From contig CAWCUS010000006.1 of NCBI GenBank assembly GCA_963798845.1, positions 1 through 64,000 on the forward strand: a stretch of DNA of 64,000 nt, read 5' to 3'. Source of the stretch: an uncultured Gemmatimonadales bacterium. Its GTDB lineage: Bacteria > Gemmatimonadota > Gemmatimonadetes > Longimicrobiales > RSA9. How positions within the stretch are numbered: position 1 is the stretch's first letter; each line of letters begins with the position of its first letter. Shown here piece after piece: positions 30,039-38,975 of the stretch. The notes under the pieces were generated by a model, which saw nothing but the letters and a program-made list of their open reading frames with translations, did no database searches and was not told the origin of the DNA. Made by a program: the position numbers and the translations under genes.

Positions 30039-31000
30039 GACTCCCGCCCTTTCTCCCGGCCCTCCCCGGCCACCCCGTCGTAGCAGAGGTACTCGAGCAG
30101 CCAGCGGTGCTGCCGGTCCCAGTCGACGTCGTCCACCTTCCCGGTGCCGACCTGGCCGCCCGGGACGAGGTGGGTGGGCACCTCGCGCAGGTAGTCGTCG
30201 AGCGCCCGGCGGAGGGACAGGAACGGTGAGCGACCGCGCAGCCAGCGCTGCTCGCGGGGCGCCGCTTCGACGGCGCGGACCCAGCGGATCAGCCGTCCCA
30301 CCTGGACGGGGAGCGCCTTGTCCGCGTTCCTGTGCCGGAAATAGTGCAGGATCGGGTACTGGCTGTTGGCGGTGGTGACGCGGGCGAGGCGGTGGGCGAA
30401 GTCGCGGGCGAGGTCGAAGGACCAGTCCAGCTCGTGCTCGCCGGGGTCTTCCCAGTCGAGGGTGTCGGCGCCCTCCAGGGCGTGCTGGATGTCGTCGGCC
30501 AGGGCGGTCTGCACCGACTGCTGCGTGTAGATGGAGAGCACGTACGTGATCCCCACGGAAAACAGGCCGAAGCCGATGAACGCTTCGACGATGGCGAGAA
30601 CGCGGAACAGGGGCGTCGTCGGGACCACATCACCGAGTCCGAGCGTCGTCGCCAGGTAACCGCTGTAGTAGAAGGCTTCGAGCCACTGCCCCTGCGGCGG
30701 CACGGGGCCGTAGGCGAAGGAGAGCACGAACGGCCACTGGATGAACGCGAACCCAAGGACCAGGAGAGTCACCCAGAGCACCGGCGTCAGCGCAGCGATG
30801 GCCGGGCCGCCCAGCGTCAGGATCCGGTCGTTCCGATGACCGCCGCAGCCGCCCACCATGCGGGTCACGCGCCACACCGCCCGGCTCTGGAGCCGTGTCA
30901 GCGGGCCCGCGTGCGCGGTCGGATGGAAGACAGTGAAGAAGACGTCCGCGAGCACCAGCGCCACCAGCAACCCGCCGACCAGGATCAGGAAAGTGGCCAC
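30035..31000 (-). CDS. Potassium-channel-family (Ion_trans_2) protein
   Basis: Pore helix and filter AFYYSGYLATTLGLGDVVP flanked by TM helices; cytoplasmic tail with YPILHYF; start uncertain. Confidence 0.82.
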   Translation of the reverse strand: MATFLILVGGLLVALVLADVFFTVFHPTAHAGPLTRLQSRAVWRVTRMVGGCGGHRNDRILTLGGPAIAALTPVLWVTLLVLGFAFIQWPFVLSFAYGPVPPQGQWLEAFYYSGYLATTLGLGDVVPTTPLFRVLAIVEAFIGFGLFSVGITYVLSIYTQQSVQTALADDIQHALEGADTLDWEDPGEHELDWSFDLARDFAHRLARVTTANSQYPILHYFRHRNADKALPVQVGRLIRWVRAVEAAPREQRWLRGRSPFLSLRRALDDYLREVPTHLVPGGQVGTGKVDDVDWDRQHRWLLEYLCYDGVAGEGREKGRES

Positions 31001-31151
31001 CGACACCCGTTCCCTGGTGCCCGATCGCGGCGTTCTGTCGGTATGACTGCCATGTGGCGGCTCCGGCTGCGTCCGCGTCGCTTCCGAAGCACATCGCGCG
31101 CCAGCGGCCATCGCGTGGGGAGCGCAGGCCGCCCGTGCACGCGCCGCCGGA

Positions 31152-32582
31152 TCAGGCCGTGGCGTCCCTCGCCAGCCGCACCGGCAGCCACACCTCGAAG
31201 CGGGTCCGGCCCGGCTCGGATTCCACGGTGATCCGGCCGCGATGGCGATTCACCACGATGTTGTGGGCCACGTGCAGCCCCAGGCCGGTCCCCGCCCCGG
31301 GCGCCCGGGTGGTGAAGAAGGGGTCGAAGATCCTCGAGCGGATCTCCGGCGGGATACCGGGACCGTCGTCGATCACCTCCACCACCACGTGGTCGGCGGA
31401 GTGCCGGGCGCGGAGGAGGATGCGGCCGTGGCCCTCCATCGCGTCGATGGCGTTGGCGATCAGGTTGGTCCAGACCTGGTTCAGCTCGCTGCCGTAGGCC
31501 TCCACCGGCGGCAGGTCGGGCGCGTAGTCGCGCTCGACGGTGACGCCCTCCCTGAGCCGGTGCTTGAGGATGAGGAGCGTCGTCTCCAGGGTGGCCGGGA
31601 TGTCCACGTCCTGCACCGGAGCCCTGTCCATGTAGGCATAGCTCCTGACAGCCTTGACGATCTCCGAGATCTGGCGGGCGCTGGCCTCGATCTCGTCGCG
31701 CAGCGCGCGAGCCCCCAGGCCGGCGCCGAGCCAGTGCAGCACCACCGGGAGCTGCCCGCTCTCCAGATGCTCGGCGAGCGCCGTCACACGCTCCACGGTC
31801 CAGCCGTAGGCGACGAGTGGCTCCGCGATTTCCCAGCCGGCTTCAACGTCCTGCGCTTCCAGCCAGTCCGCCAGTCGGTCCTCCTCCCGGCTGCAGGCCA
31901 GCGCATCCGTGCTTGCCGGACCGGGGCGGGAAAGCGCGTCCTCGAGCTCCTGCAGCGCGGCCGCCCCGGAAGCGTCGAGCTGCAGCGTGCCGAGCCGTGC
32001 CGTCCAGCGCTGCCATTCCACCAGCGTCTCCCCCAGCTGAGCCGAAGCCCGCTGGATCGCGGCGGCTGGGTTGTTCAGCTCGTGCGCCAGACCGGCCGCC
32101 AGCGTCCCGAGCGACGCCAGCTTCTCCTGCTCCATGAGCGAGGCCTCGGTGGAGCGGAGCCGTCCCGCCATGGTGCGGAGAATGGAGGCGGCGGCGTCGG
32201 GGCTGGCCGAGAGCAGCTCACGGAACGCCGCGGGCTCGATGATCAGGAGCTCGGTGGGCTCCACTGCGCGCACCGTGGCCGAGCGCGGCGCACGCTCGAC
32301 CAGCGACATCTCGCCCAGGAACTCGCCGGCCTCGCGCACCGCCAGAACCACGTCCGCCCCGGCCTCCCGCTTCGTCACCTCCAGGCGACCCTCAACAATG
32401 ATGTGCAGGCCGTCTCCCCGGGTGCCCTCCTCCATGACCATCTCCCCGGCCGCCACCTGGCGGCGGCGCGCCATCCGGCACAGCCGGCTCAGATCCTCCT
32501 CCGGGAGCTCGGCGAACAGCGGGAGACGGCGCAGGAACTCCTTGTTCGTGCGCACCCGCCCCAGCGCGCCCGTGCCGCTCAT
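31152..32582 (-). CDS. Cytoplasmic histidine kinase with an N-terminal cyclic-nucleotide-binding domain
   Basis: cNMP motif GEFLGEMSL...PRSATVRA; H-box LAHELNNP; NLIANAIDA, DDGPGI, FDPFFTT and GTGLGL. Confidence 0.93.
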   Translation of the reverse strand: MSGTGALGRVRTNKEFLRRLPLFAELPEEDLSRLCRMARRRQVAAGEMVMEEGTRGDGLHIIVEGRLEVTKREAGADVVLAVREAGEFLGEMSLVERAPRSATVRAVEPTELLIIEPAAFRELLSASPDAAASILRTMAGRLRSTEASLMEQEKLASLGTLAAGLAHELNNPAAAIQRASAQLGETLVEWQRWTARLGTLQLDASGAAALQELEDALSRPGPASTDALACSREEDRLADWLEAQDVEAGWEIAEPLVAYGWTVERVTALAEHLESGQLPVVLHWLGAGLGARALRDEIEASARQISEIVKAVRSYAYMDRAPVQDVDIPATLETTLLILKHRLREGVTVERDYAPDLPPVEAYGSELNQVWTNLIANAIDAMEGHGRILLRARHSADHVVVEVIDDGPGIPPEIRSRIFDPFFTTRAPGAGTGLGLHVAHNIVVNRHRGRITVESEPGRTRFEVWLPVRLARDATA

Positions 32583-34396
32583 CCGACCGACGCCGCCGCG
32601 GAGCGCGGCGCGAGCACCGGTCCGCTCAGGTGCTGGTGCACGAACTGCACGGCCATGGCGCCCTCTCCCACCGCCGACGCCACCCGCTTCACCGAGCGGT
32701 GGCGGACGTCGCCGGCCACGAAGATCCCCGGCACGCTCGTCTCCAGCCAGAGCGGGTCCCTCGCCGCGCTCCACCCGGCCGGACGCTCGCTCCCCGCCAT
32801 CACTTCCGGGCCCGACAGGATGAAGCCCCGCGCGTCCCTCCCCACCACGTCCCCCAGCCACTCGGTGCGCGGGACGGCGCCAATGAACACGAAGGCTGCG
32901 TGCGCGGGGAGCGTCTCGCGCCCGGGCGGTTCGGCGCTCTCCACCACGATCCGCTCCAGCCGTGCCTCGCCTTCCATCTCAACGGCTTCCGCCCCGGTGC
33001 GGACTTCGATGTTCTCCGTCTCCTCGATCTGGGCGATGAGGTAGTGCGACATGGTGGTGGCGAGTGTCGGCCCGCGAACGAGGAGGGTCACCGAGCGGGC
33101 GAAGCGGGACAGGTACATGGCGCCCTGGCCGGCGCTGTTCCCCGCTCCGATCACGAATACATCCTCGCCCGTGGCCTCCATGGCTTCCGTGATCGCGGCA
33201 CCGTAGTAGACGCCGACTCCGGCCAGCCGATCCGCACCGGGCACCTTCAGCCGGCGGTACGACACCCCGGTCGCAACCAGCAGCGCCTGCCCCGTGATCT
33301 CCGCACCGTCGGCGAGAGAGACCACGGGGTAGCCGTCGTGCAGTCGCAGCCCGATCGCTTCCGCTGGCGTCAGGATCTCCGCCCCGAAGCGGCGAGCCTG
33401 GGCCACCGCCCGGCGCGCCAGGTCGCCGCCGCTCAGCCCCACCGGGAACCCGAGGTAGTTCTCGATCCGGGAGCTCTGGCCCGCCTGGCCGCCCGGCGCC
33501 TCGCGCTCGATGAGGAGCGTGCGCAGCCCTTCCGACGCGCCGTACACGCCCGCCGCCAGCCCCGCGGGCCCCGCCCCCACGATCACCAGGTCGTACGCAT
33601 CCGCCTGAGCCTGGAGGCGCAGCCCGATCCGCTCCGCGATGGCGGCGTTGTCGGGACGGCTCAAGTGGGACCCGTCCGGGAACACGACCAGGGGGAGGAC
33701 CGCGGCAGCGGCCGGAGAGGCGGCCTCGGCGATCCCGGCGGACTCGGCCGAGCCGGGCGAAGCGTCGCCGGCGGGGGAGGCGCCGTTCCCGCCCGCGCTG
33801 CGGGCGCTGGGCTCCGGGGCGTCGTCGCCCTGGGTCGCAAGTGCGAGCAGTCGCCGTGCGTCGTCACTCTCCTCCACGTCCAGCCACTGGTAGGGCGTCA
33901 GGTTGCGGGCAAGGAAGTCCTTGATGCGGTGGCCGTCGGCGGACCATTCGTGGCCCACCACGCGCACGCCTTCGAAAGGCGGCCGGAACCGGGCGCGCCA
34001 CGTGTCGAGCAGGTCCGTGAGGACTGGGTACAGGTGCTCCTCCGGCGGGTCCCACGGCTTCATCAGGTAGTGGTCGAGCCGGATCTCGTTGATGGCGCGG
34101 ATCGCCGCGTCGGTGTCCGCGTAGGCGGTCAGGAGCACCCGCTTCGCGTCGGGGAAGAGGAGCATGGCCTCCCGCAGCATTTCGACGCCGGTCATGCCCG
34201 GCATCCGCTGGTCAGCCAGGAAGAGCGCCACGGGCTCCTCCTTCAGCTTCAGCTCGCGGGCGGCTTCCAGCGCCTCCACCCCGGAGGTGGCGCGCAGGAT
34301 CCTGTAGCTGGAGCCGTACTCCCGGCGCAGGTCGCGAGCGATGGCGCTCAGCACCGCAGGCTCGTCGTCCACGGTAAAGATGATGGGCTTGGTCAT
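32579..34396 (-). CDS. Response-regulator receiver fused to a thioredoxin-reductase-like flavoprotein
   Basis: REC motifs VDDE, LADQRMP and KPW; then GAGPAGL, IENYLGFP, GAGNSAGQ and GDVR..SVKRVASAVGEG. Confidence 0.93.
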   Translation of the reverse strand: MTKPIIFTVDDEPAVLSAIARDLRREYGSSYRILRATSGVEALEAARELKLKEEPVALFLADQRMPGMTGVEMLREAMLLFPDAKRVLLTAYADTDAAIRAINEIRLDHYLMKPWDPPEEHLYPVLTDLLDTWRARFRPPFEGVRVVGHEWSADGHRIKDFLARNLTPYQWLDVEESDDARRLLALATQGDDAPEPSARSAGGNGASPAGDASPGSAESAGIAEAASPAAAAVLPLVVFPDGSHLSRPDNAAIAERIGLRLQAQADAYDLVIVGAGPAGLAAGVYGASEGLRTLLIEREAPGGQAGQSSRIENYLGFPVGLSGGDLARRAVAQARRFGAEILTPAEAIGLRLHDGYPVVSLADGAEITGQALLVATGVSYRRLKVPGADRLAGVGVYYGAAITEAMEATGEDVFVIGAGNSAGQGAMYLSRFARSVTLLVRGPTLATTMSHYLIAQIEETENIEVRTGAEAVEMEGEARLERIVVESAEPPGRETLPAHAAFVFIGAVPRTEWLGDVVGRDARGFILSGPEVMAGSERPAGWSAARDPLWLETSVPGIFVAGDVRHRSVKRVASAVGEGAMAVQFVHQHLSGPVLAPRSAAASVG

Positions 34397-34429
34397 TGAG
34401 AGTCGGGGTGCGGTTGTCGCGTCGGCGGC

Positions 34430-37400
34430 CTAGCCGGACGCTGCCGGCGCGAGGTTCAGGCGTGCACGGATCTCGGTCGCGCGCTGGCGCGCGCGCTCGG
34501 CGTCCGCAGCGCGGCCGGCCTTCTCGTGGATGCGGGCTTCCAGCTCCAGCGCCCTCGCCTCGTAGGGCGAGGTCCGGGACGCCCGGTAGTACTGCATGGC
34601 GGTGGTGAGGCTCTGCAGAGCCTCGTCCAGACGACCGGCGCGGTAGTGAGCCCGCGCCAGCCGCTCCGACGCCGTGGCGGCCGAGTACTCGTCGTGGTCC
34701 GAGATGGCGTCGGCGATCGCCTTCTCCAGCTCCGCGATCGCTTCAGCCGATCCCCTCTCCACGCCCACAGAGGCCGTCCCCACGTTGATCCGGCTGGCGT
34801 ACCCGCTCCACCCGGCCCAGTGGGCGGCGTCGAAGAAGGTGCGGGCCCGGTCGAAGCTCCCCAGCGCCTGATCCAGCTCCTTCTTCTCCAGCTCGCCCAT
34901 CCCCACCACGTAGAACCCGGCGCAGGCGCACTCGATGGCGTGCTTCGAGCTGGCCAGCTCGGCGCCGAGCCGGGCGTGCTCCAGTCCTTGCTCGATCTCC
35001 CCCAGCTCGTAAAAGGCGCTCCCCACGATCAGGTGCACGTCCGCCTCCTTCACGGGGTGCCCTCCGCTCGGCGCGGCCGCCAGCGCTTCCGCGATCCGCT
35101 CCCTCGCCTTCTCGAACTCGCCCACCCGGGCGTAGGCGACGGCGCTCGAGGCCAGCGCGTGCCCCTCGATCTCCGGCATGTCGAATTCGCGCGCCATCGT
35201 GATCACGTCCTCGAACTGCTTCACCGCCTTGCCGGGATCCCGATCCGCCAGCGTCTCGGTGGCGAAGAAGAACGGCAGGAGGAGCAGCTGCTCGAGCCCC
35301 AGCTCCGCCGCCAGCGACGCGCTCTCCTGGATGTAGGGCGCGGCCTGGGAGGGGACGCCCATGACCATGTAGATGAGCGAGATCCACGACAGGATCCGGG
35401 CGAGCCGCACTTTGTCGCCGATCTCGCGCGCCCGCTTCTCCGCTTGCAGGAGGCGGTCCACCACGCCGTCGTACCGGGCCAGCTTGTAGCGCACCACGGC
35501 CCACCCGACGATGGCATCCAGGAGATCCTCGGGCGGCGCGTCCGGGAGCCGCGCCATCGCTTCGAACGCCCGCTCGAAGTGCGTGCTCGCTTCGGAGAGC
35601 GCATAGAGTGAGACGGCGCTCCTGGCGGCCTGTGCGGCGTAGCTGGCCGTGCGTTCGGGGTCGTCGCCCTGCCAGAAGTGATACGCGAGCACCGGCGCCA
35701 CCTCCTCGAGCCGATCCGCGTACAGCTCCTCCAGCGCCAGCCCCGCCCTCGCGTGCAGCTCCCGCCGCCGCTGCTTGAGCAGCAGTCCGTACGCCGCCTC
35801 CTGCGTCAGGGCGTGCTTGAAAGTGTATTCCCGCTCCGGCTCCCTCGACCGCTCCCGCACCAGCTCCTCGTACGTCAGCGTGCCCAGGTGCGGGTCCACG
35901 TTCTCGATCCGCTCCGGCGGCGGCGCGGACCGGCAAACGGACGTCAGCGCGCGGTAGTAGAACGTGCGCCCCAGGACCGCCGCCGTCTGCGCCACCCGCT
36001 TCGTCGCCTCGGGAAGCCGGTCGATGCGCGCGCTGAGGACGCCCGCGAGCGTCTCCGGGATCGAGACCTCTGCGATCTCACGGGTCGCCCGCCAGTGGCC
36101 GTCGTCCCGGACCACGTGGCCGGAGTCGATGAGCGCCCGCAGCACTTCCTCGAGGAAGAACGGGTTGCCTTCCGAGCGCTTGAGGATCAGCGTCCGGACG
36201 CTCGCGGGAAGATCCTCGATGTGAAGCAGGTTCGACAGCAGCTCGCTCGCCCCCTGCCCGTCCAGCGGCTCGAGGTCCAGCCGCATGAACGACGACCCCA
36301 TGGTTCCCGCCAGCCGGTCCAGCAGAGCCCAGCTCGGCGCGGCACGGTCCGGGCGCAGAACGCAGAGCAGGAGGAGTGGCTCGGAGAACGCCATGGTCGC
36401 GACCTGCGCGATCAGCTCCAGCGATGCCGCGTCCGCCCAGTGCAGGTCGTCGAACACCAGCACGTGCGGGCGCACGGCATCCGCCGCCGCGCCGGGCTCG
36501 CCCGCCGGCCCACCCTCCCCCGCCCGCGCGTGCATCGCCGCGCGAAGCGCTCCGGTCACCGCCTCCGAGATCCGCTGGACCCGCGTCTCACCCTCCACCT
36601 CCCCCACCATCCGGCGGCTTTCGGCCGTCTCCACGGACAGCATCGTCTCGAAGACCGGCACGACCGCCGGGTCGAGTGAGAAGCGGTCCACGAACGACGC
36701 GATCTGTTCCCGGACCGCGGCCGGGCCGTCCGGCTCCCTGGCCCCGATCATCTCGCGCCCCAGCTGCCGCCACGGCTGGTACGCAAGCGAATCTCCGTAC
36801 GAGACCGCCCGCCCCTCGTACCACGAGACGCCCACGTCCAGCGCCTTCGCCCGCAGCTCCGCCACAAGGCGCGATTTCCCGATCCCCGCCTCTCCCACCA
36901 CCGCCACGACGCGGCCCTCTCCCGCACGCAATGCCGAAAGCGCTTCCTCGAGCCGCGTCACCTCCGCCTGCCGTCCGACCAGCGGCGACGCCAGTCCCTC
37001 CGTTTCCAGCCCGCGCGTCTTCCCCGGGGTCGCCTTCACGCCCACGACCGTGAACGTCTCGACCGCTTCCTGTTTCCCCTTCAGCGCCACTTCCCCGCGT
37101 GGCTCCAGCTCGAACAGCCCCCGCACCAGCCGGCGCGTGTCCCCGCTGATCAGAAGCGTTCCCGGCAACGCCAGCGACTGTAGCCGGGCGGCCACGTTCG
37201 CCGTGTCGCCCATCGCCGTGTACTCGGCCTTCACCTCGTCTCCCATGTACGCCAGCACCGAGGTCCCGGAGTTGATCCCCACCCGCACCTGGAACTCCAC
37301 GCCGTAGCGGCGCCCGACCGTCGCTCCGTACTCCGATGCCGACGCCAGCAGCGCCAGACCCGCGCGCACGGCACGCTCCGCGTCGTCCTCGTGAGCCAAC

Positions 37401-37690
37401 GGCGCCCCGAACAGCGCCAGCACGGCATCCCCCATCAGCCGCGCCACGGTCCCCCCGAAGCGCGTCACGGCAGCGTTCATGAACGCGAAGCCGCCGTTCA
37501 TGATCGCCGCCCAGTCCTCCGGGTCCAGCTGCTCCGCCAGGGCGGTCGAGCGGACCACGTCCGCGAACAGCACCGTGGTCAGCTTGCGCTCGCCCTCCAC
37601 CGGGCGCGGGGCGCCCAGGCTGGCGCCGCACGTATTGCAGAATCGGGAACCGTCGGGATTCTCGGACGAGCAGCTGGGACAGACAGGCAT
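34430..37690 (-). CDS. Zinc-ribbon / class III adenylate-guanylate cyclase / AAA ATPase / TPR protein
   Basis: CPSC..CNTC zinc ribbon; LFADVV, MGDAV and GDTANVAARL cyclase motifs; Walker A GEAGIGKS, Walker B FDDLHWAD, GNPFF; TPR-like tail. Confidence 0.93.
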   Translation of the reverse strand: MPVCPSCSSENPDGSRFCNTCGASLGAPRPVEGERKLTTVLFADVVRSTALAEQLDPEDWAAIMNGGFAFMNAAVTRFGGTVARLMGDAVLALFGAPLAHEDDAERAVRAGLALLASASEYGATVGRRYGVEFQVRVGINSGTSVLAYMGDEVKAEYTAMGDTANVAARLQSLALPGTLLISGDTRRLVRGLFELEPRGEVALKGKQEAVETFTVVGVKATPGKTRGLETEGLASPLVGRQAEVTRLEEALSALRAGEGRVVAVVGEAGIGKSRLVAELRAKALDVGVSWYEGRAVSYGDSLAYQPWRQLGREMIGAREPDGPAAVREQIASFVDRFSLDPAVVPVFETMLSVETAESRRMVGEVEGETRVQRISEAVTGALRAAMHARAGEGGPAGEPGAAADAVRPHVLVFDDLHWADAASLELIAQVATMAFSEPLLLLCVLRPDRAAPSWALLDRLAGTMGSSFMRLDLEPLDGQGASELLSNLLHIEDLPASVRTLILKRSEGNPFFLEEVLRALIDSGHVVRDDGHWRATREIAEVSIPETLAGVLSARIDRLPEATKRVAQTAAVLGRTFYYRALTSVCRSAPPPERIENVDPHLGTLTYEELVRERSREPEREYTFKHALTQEAAYGLLLKQRRRELHARAGLALEELYADRLEEVAPVLAYHFWQGDDPERTASYAAQAARSAVSLYALSEASTHFERAFEAMARLPDAPPEDLLDAIVGWAVVRYKLARYDGVVDRLLQAEKRAREIGDKVRLARILSWISLIYMVMGVPSQAAPYIQESASLAAELGLEQLLLLPFFFATETLADRDPGKAVKQFEDVITMAREFDMPEIEGHALASSAVAYARVGEFEKARERIAEALAAAPSGGHPVKEADVHLIVGSAFYELGEIEQGLEHARLGAELASSKHAIECACAGFYVVGMGELEKKELDQALGSFDRARTFFDAAHWAGWSGYASRINVGTASVGVERGSAEAIAELEKAIADAISDHDEYSAATASERLARAHYRAGRLDEALQSLTTAMQYYRASRTSPYEARALELEARIHEKAGRAADAERARQRATEIRARLNLAPAASG

Positions 37691-38126
37691 GGCCAGGCCC
37701 GGGGATCCAGGGGGCAAGGGCGTCAATGTGAGTATGGCAATATTGCGGCTCCGAGCATGGCCGTACAAGGCCCGTCGGTGCACCGTGTCAGGGATGTCCC
37801 TACGTAACCTCGTCCCGGCCTGCCTCCTCGAAGTGGGGCTATCCCCTACCAAACGCCGCCGCCAGCGCTGCTGGCGCTCGACGGGACAGCTCTGCTTCCG
37901 GACACGTCCTGGCCCGCCCTCCGTCACGACCGAGCGGACGCGGGCGTCTTCATCCTGCGCCAGCCGCTGTGCGGCCAGCCAGCCGCGACTCGTGAACGTA
38001 TCCACGGCCCGGTGTCGCGCCCGGGCTCGGGCGGCATTGGGGCCGCGGGCCCGCGTGCGGCCTGGAAGCGAGCAGGGTCTCCGTCTACATTGGGCGTCCA
38101 CTCCACTCTCCGAGGAGACGAACATC

Positions 38127-38828
38127 ATGAGCCCCATCCGCATCACCACGGCCGCGGCGGTCGTGCTCACGCTGGCTGCGTCCAGCACCCCCGTGACCGG
38201 ACAGGAAGTCGACCGTTCGGTCGAGAATGGCGGCATCACGGTTCCGGGCTGGGAAGGAAAGGTGGATGACCGGGCGGCCGCGGCGGGCCAGACCGTGGAG
38301 GACTCCCGCCTGGCGAAGGAAGGAGAGGCGCTCCACATCACCACGGGGCCGGCCACGACGTACTGGAATCCGGCCAACACGGCTTCGGGCGACTACACGG
38401 TCACGGCCACGTTCTCCGAGCCGCGCTACATGAACCGGAACGACCATCCGCACCCGTACGGGCTCTTCATCGGCGGCCAGGACCTGGGCACGGACCAGGA
38501 GAAGCTCCTGTACTGCGAGGCGTACGGGAACGGGACGTACATCGTGCGAGGGTTCGGACCGAAGCCGTTCCAGATGAACGGCCGGGGCGAGAAGAGCGAG
38601 GCGGTGCACCAGGCGGGCGCGGCAGGCGAGCCGGTGACGCAGCAGATCTCCATGTCGGTGAAGGGGGACCAGGTCCAGTGTGCCATCAACGGGACGGTGG
38701 TGGCCACATACCCCAGGTCCGAGGTCGTCGGGGAAGGCAAGCTGTCGACCACCGATGGCGTGTACGGGATCCGCTTCGCCCACAACACCGAAGGGATGGT
38801 GACCGGGCTGAAGGTGACGAAGCCGTAG
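38127..38828 (+). CDS. Secreted hypothetical protein (beta-sandwich-like)
   Basis: GAGGAG RBS, signal peptide and beta-strand-rich mature region. Confidence 0.8.
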   Translation: MSPIRITTAAAVVLTLAASSTPVTGQEVDRSVENGGITVPGWEGKVDDRAAAAGQTVEDSRLAKEGEALHITTGPATTYWNPANTASGDYTVTATFSEPRYMNRNDHPHPYGLFIGGQDLGTDQEKLLYCEAYGNGTYIVRGFGPKPFQMNGRGEKSEAVHQAGAAGEPVTQQISMSVKGDQVQCAINGTVVATYPRSEVVGEGKLSTTDGVYGIRFAHNTEGMVTGLKVTKP

Positions 38829-38854
38829 TTCCGCCGTTTTCACGGGCGAAAAGC

Positions 38855-38941
38855 CGGGCGCCGGCCGCGCATCCGACCGGCCGCCCGGACCTGCCTCGAA
38901 GGGGCGGTCCGGGCGCCGGTCGCTTACCGGTCCGGCGCCCG
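38855..38941. terminator. Long interrupted hairpin between convergent genes
   Basis: Nested stems CGGGCGCCGG/CCGGCGCCCG, GACCGG/CCGGTC and CGCCCGGACC/GGTCCGGGCG with a C(GAA)G apex. Confidence 0.5.
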
Positions 38942-38975
38942 CCTCCGATTGAGCGACGGGGCTGCAGCGACGGCC

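Noticed and set aside
37691..38380. Long N-terminal extensions of the cyclase (1316 aa) and the secreted protein (449 aa)
   Set aside because: They overlap each other in antisense and have low-information composition; better starts exist at 37690 and 38127.
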